Virus record (IMG/VR): IMGVR_UViG_3300028897_000210
DNA length: 35,517 bases
Direction: 5' to 3' (one strand)
From: a virus
Part shown: piece after piece, positions 8,294 to 16,017 of the stretch
How the letters are laid out: each line of letters begins with the position of its first letter
How positions within the stretch are numbered: the first letter of the stretch is position 1
Program-made: the position numbers and the translations under genes
The notes under the pieces: model-generated
What the model saw: the letters and a program-made list of their open reading frames with translations, nothing else
Told to the model about the DNA's origin: nothing
Databases searched by the model: none

Positions 8294-10010
8294 GAATGAT
8301 CTCCAAAGTTTTTGCTTGACGTTCCTGCGCGTGCGCAGCTTTTTCAGCCGCACTCGCCTCAGTTTCTTTGACATCCGCAATCTGCTGCGGCGTCGGTTGC
8401 GGCGGAGTCGATGCTTTCTGCTTCAGTGAGAGCTGAGTAGCCTTAACCGCCTGATCGAAGACACCCTCGATAGTCTGCGCAGAGCGGAAAGACGACATCC
8501 CCCACTGCAAGATTTGCAGCAAGAACGGAGCTGATCCCGGATCTGCTTGAACGAGTGGCCAGACTTGGCTGATGAATTGCCCCGTAGCCGTGATAAAGTC
8601 CACTCGCCCGCTGCGCTCCGCGTTGTAGTCCGGAATGGAGAGAGTATCTGTGGACACTTCGATTCGGTACCTCGCCATAAACTTGTCTTTGATCAGCTGA
8701 ATCGCCTGTGGCGCAAGCTGAGCATCTGGCGAGTACTGGATATTGCTCTGCTTCGCAATCGTTTCAGGCTTGAAGTGATTACTTATCACCTCCGCCCTGA
8801 GTCGCAGGGTATCAGTCACGAATTTAGCCACTTCCTCCTGACTGAATTGCAGCCGCGCGCTGGAGTAAGATGACTTCATCTGCTGCGCCCCTAGAGTTTC
8901 TCGGGGTGACGAAACTCCTCGCATGATATCGCTGATGCCAAGAAGCTCGTACAACTGACTCATCGCAGCCGGGAGCTGCGCTTGCAGCTTCTCAAGCGCC
9001 GCGACGACCATGTCAAGCGGGAACCAGTCCACGCTTCCCTTCGCCCCGCCGCGCTCGGAATACATCGCCCAGTTCTCAACAGGAATCATGAGGTTGTTCT
9101 TACCCCCAATCATCTGCTTCAACTCGGCGTTGGTCTTATCGTACGCGCCCACAACCCGAATTGCTTCCTCGAGCAACATGATCCGATCGGAAAGCGCAGC
9201 GACTCGGCGGTACTGCTTCTTAGCCATCTGGTAGTCGTTCTTCGGCACGAACCTGCTGGTAATCAGGTTCGCCGCCAGCGGGCGCGGGCAAGGGAAAAAG
9301 TCCTTGAAATCAAGATAGTCGTACTTCTCCTCGAGCGGAGTGTCATCACGCCCGGGATACCAGCACACCGTCTTCCGCCGCTTATTCCAGACCTCCCAAA
9401 TCTCGGCCTTTCGAGATTTAGTCTCGCTGGGCTGCAACTCAGAATCGAGTCGCCTGCCTGCGGGCGCGGGTCCCCACGTGACCTTGTCCACTGCCTCGGG
9501 TCCGAAACGCTCCTCCACTTCCCGCTTCGTCATGTAAACTCTACGGGCCACCCACCAGACCTCCGACCACGTCCGGGCAGGACTGTACCGGAAGTCCTCC
9601 CAATGGACGTAGTCCACTGGCGCCTGTTCGTCAGTAACGAAGTCGTTCCCTTGCTCGTCAGTAATGATGACCGGCTCGTACCTGACCCACACTTGCCCGA
9701 GACCCGGAATGAGTCTGTCTTCCACGGCGCAGCTGAGCGAAGTATGCGTCGCGTCGCACGTGAGCAACCGCTCCATGATGACCGCCGCTACGCGAGCAGT
9801 GTCATCCATGTAATCATCAAACTGGCGCTTGACCAACGGAGACGGCGCGTTAGCGTACAGTGCCGATCGCAGCACGTTGACGTTCGCCCAATAGACGTTG
9901 AAAACCGAGGCCCCTTCGGAACCGTGATACGTCTTCAGAGCTTCTCGCCCCTCCGCCGTAAACTTCTCGAGTTCCTTGGTACTGGCGTCAAGCTGTTCTG
10001 TCCACTTCAT
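8268..10010 (-). CDS. portal protein
   Basis: About 580 aa, immediately downstream of TerL and overlapping it. The track start at 10025 is a TTG, whereas ATG 10010 follows GAGGA. Size and position are typical of a portal. Confidence 0.8.
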   Translation of the reverse strand: MKWTEQLDASTKELEKFTAEGREALKTYHGSEGASVFNVYWANVNVLRSALYANAPSPLVKRQFDDYMDDTARVAAVIMERLLTCDATHTSLSCAVEDRLIPGLGQVWVRYEPVIITDEQGNDFVTDEQAPVDYVHWEDFRYSPARTWSEVWWVARRVYMTKREVEERFGPEAVDKVTWGPAPAGRRLDSELQPSETKSRKAEIWEVWNKRRKTVCWYPGRDDTPLEEKYDYLDFKDFFPCPRPLAANLITSRFVPKNDYQMAKKQYRRVAALSDRIMLLEEAIRVVGAYDKTNAELKQMIGGKNNLMIPVENWAMYSERGGAKGSVDWFPLDMVVAALEKLQAQLPAAMSQLYELLGISDIMRGVSSPRETLGAQQMKSSYSSARLQFSQEEVAKFVTDTLRLRAEVISNHFKPETIAKQSNIQYSPDAQLAPQAIQLIKDKFMARYRIEVSTDTLSIPDYNAERSGRVDFITATGQFISQVWPLVQADPGSAPFLLQILQWGMSSFRSAQTIEGVFDQAVKATQLSLKQKASTPPQPTPQQIADVKETEASAAEKAAHAQERQAKTLEIIHGRPATGA

Positions 10011-11322
10011 TGTAGAGGTCCTCAAGAGTGAAGTTATACGTCGGCTTTATAGGGGAGGCAGGTTCTTCCTCGGGGAGGGCTTTCAGCGCAGTGTCCGTAG
10101 ACACCGCAAAGTACCTGAACACGTCTGCGTAGTGACTCGCCCAGTCATGGACCGGGGAAGCTCGAAACACTTTCTTTTCCTCGTCGTATTCCCTACGGTA
10201 AACCTGAAGCGCATTCACTAGATCCCTAGTGTACTCTTCATTGAACCAAACCTGCGGAAACAAAAGCCTCGCCGCCGCGATGCCGTCGAGAATATCTAGT
10301 CGCGGAACTATCCGTGGGCGCACTCCGTGCGCGAGGAACTGCTCCACAATGGACCGCCCGGTTTGAAGCGACTTAGCTTTCGCATCGTGGGGCAGATACA
10401 CTTGCCCTCTCGCCACGCCGTGATGACTGCAGATCTGCGCGATGCGTTCTATGTAGAACTTGATGGGGCGCAGATTGTGCGCTTCCGCATGGAGGATGGG
10501 ATACGCCTCTACTCCGGGCTGCGCTGCCAGCAGCGCCGTATCATCCCTGTACCCTAAGTCAAACCAGAAATGCAGCGGCAAGTCCGGGTTGGGTTTGATC
10601 CTAGTGATTCTGTTCTCGTTAAGGGCGAGCGCAATGTCATGCGTATAGTACGCTCCCCTCGTCGCTGCCTCAAAGGAACACTCCATTTCCTGGGCGTATT
10701 CCTCGGGGGTCATCAACCGCTGCATCTCTTGCAGTTCCTCCTCCGGAATAATATCCGTCTCGGAAACTGGCATGCGGGAGTGGTACCACCTGTCCGGGTC
10801 TCTCGTAGCCTCGAGATACATATCCCTGAAGTGATTTGGTCCATTGGGCGTCCCAATGAAAGTCGCCCACCCGCCTCGATCCACGAGGGTGGGAAGAATC
10901 ACCTCCGTCCACGTGCTCCCGCGCATTAGCCCGTACTCGTCCAAGACAACGCCATCGAAGTAGAGGCCCCTGAATGAGTCAGGGTTGTCCGCGCCGTAGA
11001 GGGTGAGCTTCGTATTGTTCTGGATGGTGACACTAAGCTCCCCTTCGCTGACTTTCTTCTGAAACGGCGCTGTATATCGCTTGACGTAGTCCCATGCGAC
11101 TTGCTTTGCCTGATTATAGAATGGGGCGATGTACGCATATCTACCCGGCGGGGCGCTTTTTGGACCTGCGAAGTACAGCATCCTTGTGATCGTGTCGTTT
11201 ACCGTTGCTACGGTCTTTCCGCCTCTTCGGTGGACCACTAAAATCGCCCACCGCTGGTGGCGGGAGTGGAATGGGTGGAATATCTCCCGCGGCGAGTACT
11301 CGTGTCTTATTTCCCTGGGCAT
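9988..11322 (-). CDS. terL: terminase large subunit
   Basis: 444 aa. It has a Walker A-like VVHRRGGKTVA, a Walker B-like GVVLDEYG, and a C-terminal nuclease-like half (FWFDLGYRDDTA, YLPHD). Confidence 0.9.
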   Translation of the reverse strand: MPREIRHEYSPREIFHPFHSRHQRWAILVVHRRGGKTVATVNDTITRMLYFAGPKSAPPGRYAYIAPFYNQAKQVAWDYVKRYTAPFQKKVSEGELSVTIQNNTKLTLYGADNPDSFRGLYFDGVVLDEYGLMRGSTWTEVILPTLVDRGGWATFIGTPNGPNHFRDMYLEATRDPDRWYHSRMPVSETDIIPEEELQEMQRLMTPEEYAQEMECSFEAATRGAYYTHDIALALNENRITRIKPNPDLPLHFWFDLGYRDDTALLAAQPGVEAYPILHAEAHNLRPIKFYIERIAQICSHHGVARGQVYLPHDAKAKSLQTGRSIVEQFLAHGVRPRIVPRLDILDGIAAARLLFPQVWFNEEYTRDLVNALQVYRREYDEEKKVFRASPVHDWASHYADVFRYFAVSTDTALKALPEEEPASPIKPTYNFTLEDLYNEVDRTA

Positions 11323-11536
11323 ATCCGTAGTTCGGTGGGGGGAGAGATGTGACTATGATCGTGTCGGAGTCGGCCTGATTTTCTGGAACTCCGTACTTAC
11401 TCGCGAGGCGGGCGAAGTCTACTGGATACGCTCGTTTAAGTCGCGCAAAGAATGCCGCCGCGCCCAGACCGTCCTCGGTCGCCTCGCGGTACAGCAGAGC
11501 TATTTCTTCTCTTGTCCAGGGCTTGCGCGACACCAT
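11141..11536 (-). CDS. small DNA-binding protein at the terS position (Myb/SANT-like WTxEE helix)
   Basis: ATG 11536 gives MVSRKPWTREEIALLYREATEDGLGAAAFFARLKRAY.... The frame has no stop until 11141, so the last 182 nt overlap terL out of frame. The terS role rests on position only. Confidence 0.45.
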   Translation of the reverse strand: MVSRKPWTREEIALLYREATEDGLGAAAFFARLKRAYPVDFARLASKYGVPENQADSDTIIVTSLPPPNYGYAQGNKTRVLAAGDIPPIPLPPPAVGDFSGPPKRRKDRSNGKRHDHKDAVLRRSKKRPAG

Positions 11537-11572
11537 TCGTCTCAAGTCTAACCCCTGCGGGCCATGCGCACG

Positions 11573-11602
11573 TCTATACCACGGGTTGCAGTTGAATTGC
11601 AA
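11573..11602 (-). promoter_or_regulatory. candidate sigma70-type late promoter (TTGCAA-N18-TATAGA)
   Basis: The minus strand reads TTGCAAttcaactgcaacccgtggTATAGA, about 35 nt upstream of ATG 11536 and downstream of terminator 11965-11991. Confidence 0.35.
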
Positions 11603-11649
11603 GCCTCTGGCGTATTTAGTGGGGGAAAATTGCAACGGATGGGGTGGAA

Positions 11650-11743
11650 TTTGAAGAGGACCAAAACTACAACGGATGGGGGCGTACCTCGTTTGAAGAG
11701 GACCAAAACTACAACAGAGTTTGAAGAGGACCAAAACTACAAC
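11650..11743. repeat. three perfect 24-bp direct repeats TTTGAAGAGGACCAAAACTACAAC
   Basis: Copies lie at 11650-11673, 11692-11715 and 11720-11743, with spacers of 18 and 4 bp. A degenerate fourth copy sits near 11620-11640. The flanking CAACGGATGGGG and GCGTACCTC motifs are each duplicated. Confidence 0.9.
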
Positions 11744-11964
11744 GCGAGGCTGCGTACCTCCTGTGGGAATTTTTATGGTGATGGTGGGGGCTGATACTCC
11801 CCGGGGGGTCGGTTTCGTCGCGATTAGATGGCCTTATCGCCCCAGAAGCTACGCTTATCCCAGTCGGATAAAGAAACTTTATGGCTCCAGAAGAACGGCT
11901 TATGCCGGAGGGGATAAACTGGGTGGATGGTGGCATTAATCTTCCTTATGGGCATGGGCAAAAG

Positions 11965-11991
11965 AAAACCCGCGCTGTCCGCGCGGGTTTT
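11965..11991 (-). terminator. rho-independent terminator of the histone-like gene
   Basis: aaaaCCCGCGCtgtccGCGCGGGtttt is a 7-bp GC stem. On the minus strand it is followed by TTTTCTTTT, and it lies 14 nt after the stop at 12005. Confidence 0.8.
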
Positions 11992-12004
11992 CCGGGTTGC
12001 GGCG

Positions 12005-12346
12005 TTACTTCTGCGCCAAGTAACCCCGGCGCTGGAGGTAGCTTACAAAGACGTGGCCCCCGCTAACGCGCTTGCCGTGCGGGCCGTCGTCCAGCAACTT
12101 GGCCAGTTTGGCGGCGGTCGCCGGGCACGCTTTTTCCACCTGCGCCCACGCGTCTTTGTTATGCGCGGCTTTCAGCTTTACCGGGTTGCCACTGGGAGCC
12201 AGTACCGCGTCGCTGGGCGTGGCGTTACGCCGCGTCAGCTTGGCGGCCGCCACGGGCGCTTCCGGCGCAGCCTTGGCCACGGGCGCAGCCTTGGCCACGG
12301 GCGCGGCCTTGGCCGCAGTTTTTTCCTTCTTGGTTTGCTTTGCCAT
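12005..12346 (-). CDS. Lys/Ala/Pro-rich histone-H1-like DNA-binding protein
   Basis: ATG 12346 follows AAGGAG. The N-terminus is MAKQTKKEKTAAKAAPVAKAAPVAKAAPEAPVAAAK, followed by a C-terminal globular segment. The gene has its own terminator. Confidence 0.7.
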   Translation of the reverse strand: MAKQTKKEKTAAKAAPVAKAAPVAKAAPEAPVAAAKLTRRNATPSDAVLAPSGNPVKLKAAHNKDAWAQVEKACPATAAKLAKLLDDGPHGKRVSGGHVFVSYLQRRGYLAQK

Positions 12347-12476
12347 TTTACTACTCCTTACAAGGTACCCGCGTACCGCGCGGGCGACGGTTGCGGCGTA
12401 TGCCGCATTTCTGTATGTTACGCCAAGTTAGGCAGCGGCGCACGAGAAAAGTTGCACGGAAATTTTTATGGCCGCA

Positions 12477-12554
12477 TTACTTCCGGTTATAGCGGTTTCC
12501 GCCCACGCTGTCCAGCGCGATAAGCACAATTAATATCAGGATAATCCAAAGCAT
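12477..12554 (-). CDS. possible 25-aa hydrophobic peptide
   Basis: GGAGAcgacaATG precedes MLWIILILIVLIALDSVGGNRYNRK. It is very short, so support is weak. Confidence 0.2.
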   Translation of the reverse strand: MLWIILILIVLIALDSVGGNRYNRK

Positions 12555-12848
12555 TGTCGTCTCCGGTTGCGTTTCCAATACCCATTAGGCCACAGAACGG
12601 AGAAAAAGTTTCTAAGTTCTTTTTATGCCCCCATTTCTTCCGCTTATGGCCGCCGCCGTCGCCGGCGGCGCGCGGACAATACGCGTCCGATCGCGAACGT
12701 CATAGGCATATTTCGTAATTCGAGGTCGGAGAGCGAGGATCATAGGACTCGGCGAGGTCACTCTCGGAGGTAGAATTCGTTATTCGCACGGCTCGGCGAC
12801 GCCGAGCTCTCGTACTCGGACTCTGAGGTCTTAGTTCAAACGGTCGCG

Positions 12849-12936
12849 CGGTCGCGGAGGGAAGGATCATAGGCTCTTTCGCGGTCGCGGATGGGGGGAT
12901 CATGGGCTCTTGAATGGAGGGATCATAGGCTCTTTC
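12849..12936. repeat. about 32-bp tandem repeat with core GGATCATAGGCTCTT
   Basis: gcggtcgcggagggaaGGATCATAGGCTCTTTC (12849-12880) is followed by gcggtcgcggatggggGGATCATGGGCTCTTG (12881-12912) and a partial unit carrying GGATCATAGGCTCTTTC (12920-12936). A further GGATCATAGG lies at 12737-12746. Confidence 0.85.
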
Positions 12937-13028
12937 GGTCTTCTTCATTCCTTCTTCCTCTTCACTCGGTCTTTGTCCGTCTGATCTGGGCGTTTTTTGT
13001 CGTTTTGGCGGGTTGTCGTCCCCTCCCC

Positions 13029-13192
13029 GTTGCCATACCATTGGCATTTGGGTTGGCGCAATATAGAAAAACCGCGTTAGGGGGTTGCGTATGCGGGTTT
13101 GATTATTTAATGGCAACAATGGCAACAATGGCAACCACCATAGGGGGACATCCGTTGCCATTGAAATTCCGGTTGCCATACCCAATGGCAAC
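13029..13192. repeat. iteron field: 7 copies of ATGGCAAC/GTTGCCAT
   Basis: GTTGCCAT occurs at 13029, 13154 and 13172. AATGGCAAC forms a 3x tandem at 13109-13135. ATGGCAAC occurs at 13185. Positions 13172-13192 form a perfect 8-bp inverted repeat with a 5-bp spacer. AT-rich patches (atatagaaaaa, gattatttaa) lie between the copies. The field sits directly 3' of the primase-helicase stop. Confidence 0.85.
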
Positions 13193-13199
13193 AGCTCCG

Positions 13200-15239
13200 T
13201 TAGAATTTCTTTTTTCCATGATTCAACACCGGAAATTGAGCGAGGAAACGCTGTATTGTTGCCAGTGGCAACGCCGCAGCACCCTTTTCCATCGCCCAAT
13301 ATCTTTCCGATTTTCCTGTTTCAGGATGCCTAATCTTTTTCCCACCATTAGGCCGCTTGAAACCAGCTTTAATCATCGCCTTTGCCAGCCGTTTCCCAGC
13401 ACTGCCCATATCCTTTTCATCAGGATACATCGCCATATACAGAGGCATCAGCTCGCCAGTGGTCGCGATAGGACGATTTCCCCGCCAATTTTCTTTTAGA
13501 TCCATAGCCCAAGACTCCATAGGAGATGCCGCTAATTCATGCATCTCCCGCTTCACCTGTGACGATGGTGCCACTCCGTTTGGATTGAATCGTGATATAT
13601 CGCGCTTCCGCAGAACCCACAGAAGCTCCCCCACATCCTCACTTTCCATCCACTCCGCATACGCGCGCCAGAACTTTGGCTTGCGCACGAGGTCGAAGTC
13701 CTCGTTAATTTCTGGTATCCACACCCGCCGATCGTCAGCCGATACAGGCATCGCATCTGGCTCATTCGTGATTAGCACCCAATTCACTGTATTCCTGATT
13801 TCGTACTCCTGCTGCCCCTTCGCATTGACGACCATTGTATCTTCAGTCCTCACTCGTTTAAGCGTGTCGTAGAGTCGCTGCCTTTCACGAGGAGTCCCCA
13901 CTTCATCCACATACGCGAAGCACTTATGCGCGTACACCGAGTTGAAATCAGACAATAGATGTCTGACTCCCAGCGCAACCGCGCTTCGACCAAACAACCT
14001 CGCCACGGCTTGACACATAAGCGTCTTTCCAATCCCTTGAGGGCCATAGATCAGCGGGGTTATAGTCATCCGCACGCCGGGGTGCTGCACCAGATGAGCA
14101 AACCAGTCCTGCATCAACTCGTAGTCACTCTCCCGCTTGAATATATGCACCAGCACTTCGTGCCAGAGCGATGCTGGCCCTACCTTTTCCTCCACGGCGA
14201 AACCGGTCCACGTATTCAGATATACTCCCCGCTCCCACTTATCCCATGTCGGTTCGAAGACCAGCTTTTCCACTTCGTTCCGCTTAGTCGATCGCAGCCA
14301 TGCGTCGAATCCTTGCTTCTGCACTTGCCTTCCCTGCGCGCCCTCGACTGTGTACATGATCGGAGCCAGCCAATTCCTCATGTCCGCAATCGTGGCCAAC
14401 TTCAGCTCCCCCTCACGGCTGGCTATCCGCTTGATATCCTCGACATATACGTATTTCGAGTTAATCTCTGCGATGGCTCCTGCTGCGGATTCTATATTAA
14501 ACTCTTCGGGTTCCTCGCGCGCCCATTTCTTGAACTCGTCCCCCCGCGCGGCCAGCCAGTCGTCGATTCCCCACGACTTTCCATCTGGGGAGTTGGGAAT
14601 TCGCTTGAGCCATACATTGGACTCTGGAAATCTGGCTCGCCACTTGGCCGAGAACCTTTCTGCGGCGCGCAGCACGTCCTCGTTAAACTCTTCCGATCCT
14701 TCGTTGAGGTTGGAGTCGAAACAGATTACGGGTTCCAGGTTCCGTTCCTCCCACGGCAACTCCATGAGAGATAAGTTCAACGAGTGTTCCTTGCTGCTGT
14801 ACCCTGAAACTCCGTTCAACCCCACGGCCCAGATTCCACGCTTCGCCAGTACGATAGACTTCAGGACACTCTCGCATAAATACACCCGCGCGCGCGAGGG
14901 GATGTTCTCCCACCGGAGTACTTGCGGATAGTACACCTCGGCCGGGCGACCGCGCGGGGCCAGAAGTTTCCTACTCTCCTTGTCTGCAGCCTGTCCGAAT
15001 GGGGTGCCGTAGAACACCCTGACGGTGCCGTACTTCCGGTCTTCACCGTGGACGCCATAGTAGGCGTAGAGAATTCCCCAAGTCCCACTCGGAAACTCCC
15101 GGTTAAACCTCCCTTGAAGTCCAGCTGTGCTGATAGTCGTGATTTTATTCGCTTTCACATCCTCGGGATCTATTCCTCTTGCCTCCAAGTACTTGGCGGC
15201 GAGGACAGGAATAGACTCGAGACGAATAATGTCTCCCAT
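13200..15239 (-). CDS. Toprim (DUF3854-like) / SF3 helicase replicative primase-helicase
   Basis: 679 aa. The N-terminal region is Toprim-like (VYLCESVLKSIV...GLNGVSG...ICFDSN...GIDDWL). It has Walker A GPQGIGKT and Walker B CFAYVDEVG, and the layout resembles P4-alpha/D5. Confidence 0.8.
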   Translation of the reverse strand: MGDIIRLESIPVLAAKYLEARGIDPEDVKANKITTISTAGLQGRFNREFPSGTWGILYAYYGVHGEDRKYGTVRVFYGTPFGQAADKESRKLLAPRGRPAEVYYPQVLRWENIPSRARVYLCESVLKSIVLAKRGIWAVGLNGVSGYSSKEHSLNLSLMELPWEERNLEPVICFDSNLNEGSEEFNEDVLRAAERFSAKWRARFPESNVWLKRIPNSPDGKSWGIDDWLAARGDEFKKWAREEPEEFNIESAAGAIAEINSKYVYVEDIKRIASREGELKLATIADMRNWLAPIMYTVEGAQGRQVQKQGFDAWLRSTKRNEVEKLVFEPTWDKWERGVYLNTWTGFAVEEKVGPASLWHEVLVHIFKRESDYELMQDWFAHLVQHPGVRMTITPLIYGPQGIGKTLMCQAVARLFGRSAVALGVRHLLSDFNSVYAHKCFAYVDEVGTPRERQRLYDTLKRVRTEDTMVVNAKGQQEYEIRNTVNWVLITNEPDAMPVSADDRRVWIPEINEDFDLVRKPKFWRAYAEWMESEDVGELLWVLRKRDISRFNPNGVAPSSQVKREMHELAASPMESWAMDLKENWRGNRPIATTGELMPLYMAMYPDEKDMGSAGKRLAKAMIKAGFKRPNGGKKIRHPETGKSERYWAMEKGAAALPLATIQRFLAQFPVLNHGKKKF

Positions 15240-15340
15240 TACGCTCTCCTATAAAGATCCCCACGCTGCCCGCGCGGGTATGGTACCCTAGCACAGGCGC
15301 GGGCCATTTGACCAGCGCCAACTAAACAAGGAGTTAAGAC

Positions 15341-15505
15341 GTGGGTATAGAAGAAGTACGTGCGATACTGATTGCCATACTGTACGCGGCGAAGCACCGA
15401 GGGGATGGCAAGGTGACAAACCGTGATCTAGATATGCAAACTTCGAGAGCAGAAGCTTCCGTAATCTTGGAGCATGTGTTCGATGTCGCCAGAAGAAGTC
15501 GCTAA
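15341..15505 (+). CDS. small early protein, possible winged-helix regulator (54 aa, GTG start)
   Basis: AAGGAG lies 7 nt before GTG 15341. The product is (M)GIEEVRAILIAILYAAKHRGDGKVTNRDLDMQTSRAEASVILEHVFDVARRSR. It is the first gene of the plus-strand operon and is absent from the track because it is under 60 aa. Confidence 0.45.
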   Translation: MGIEEVRAILIAILYAAKHRGDGKVTNRDLDMQTSRAEASVILEHVFDVARRSR

Positions 15506-15734
15506 GTCCATAGTCAAGCGGATGGGGTGCAAGTGGAACAGACTTGATGATGCTGACCGTGCGGTGTTGATTGTCAACGTCCATATCATGAAGTACAACA
15601 AGTGCGTCTTCACCCCAGCCATCCGACAACGCTACGCTGACGGAGAGTACGTGCCTGAGCATCAAGTGAGAACCCCCTACCACTACGACTCTCTCAACAA
15701 ACGCTTGCAATCCATTTGGAAGCGCGTAGGCTAG
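15474..15734 (+). CDS. early hypothetical protein
   Basis: 86-aa track ORF. The start may instead be ATG 15483. Confidence 0.5.
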   Translation: MCSMSPEEVAKSIVKRMGCKWNRLDDADRAVLIVNVHIMKYNKCVFTPAIRQRYADGEYVPEHQVRTPYHYDSLNKRLQSIWKRVG

Positions 15735-15768
15735 GGGTGCAGTACCCCTCAATAACAGGAGAACCTGT

Positions 15769-16017
15769 ATGACTGAAGCACAAGTGAAGAAGCGCACGAA
15801 GGCAGCATGGTCGCCAGCCGCGCGTGCGAAACGTAAGGCGACGCTGGAAGCTCGGCGGAAGGCGGAGAAAATCCAGCGAACCACGCCGGTTGTCAACCTC
15901 ACTGGTCTGCGCGAACTCGGCGTACTGAGTCCGCCTTCGACGACGACGACGACGACGACGTTCACTGCGGAGCAAGTGATGGAGCTGCTGCGCGAACTGT
16001 GGAGGAAAGGACCATGA
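15769..16017 (+). CDS. early hypothetical basic protein with a Thr7 run
   Basis: ATG follows CAGGAGAAC. The N-terminus is Lys/Arg-rich, and (ACG)7 encodes TTTTTTT. Confidence 0.6.
   Translation: MTEAQVKKRTKAAWSPAARAKRKATLEARRKAEKIQRTTPVVNLTGLRELGVLSPPSTTTTTTTFTAEQVMELLRELWRKGP
15940..15960. repeat. (ACG)7 trinucleotide microsatellite
   Basis: acgacgacgacgacgacgacg, in frame within ORF 15769..16017. Confidence 0.9.

Noticed and set aside
8982-10031. A 349-aa plus-strand ORF
   Set aside because: It is antisense to the portal gene and is a shadow ORF.
11650-11743. The 24-bp direct repeats as a mini CRISPR array
   Set aside because: There are only three copies, the spacers are 18 and 4 bp (far too short and unequal), and the genome has no cas genes. 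Protein-binding sites are a better fit.
11851-11866. A DnaA-box-like TTATCCCAG, and other TTATSSC motifs, as host DnaA sites
   Set aside because: They only partly match TTATCCACA. The recurrence is noted in the control-region finding, but no DnaA claim is justified.
11927-12523. Plus-strand ORFs (198 aa and 119 aa) opposite the histone-like gene
   Set aside because: The minus-strand gene has AAGGAG plus ATG and a matching terminator with a U-tract only in the minus orientation.
12700-13499. ORFs 12700..13299 (-) and 12891..13499 (+) across the repeat field
   Set aside because: Their internal peptide repeats simply translate the DNA tandem repeats. Neither has an SD, and both run into the primase gene.
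13959-14931. Plus-strand ORFs of 271 and 264 aa
   Set aside because: They are antisense to the primase-helicase, whose motifs clearly identify the minus frame.
15288-15965. A 225-aa minus-strand ORF across the early region
   Set aside because: It overlaps four plus-strand genes that each have an SD, and its own start has no SD. It is an antisense artefact.
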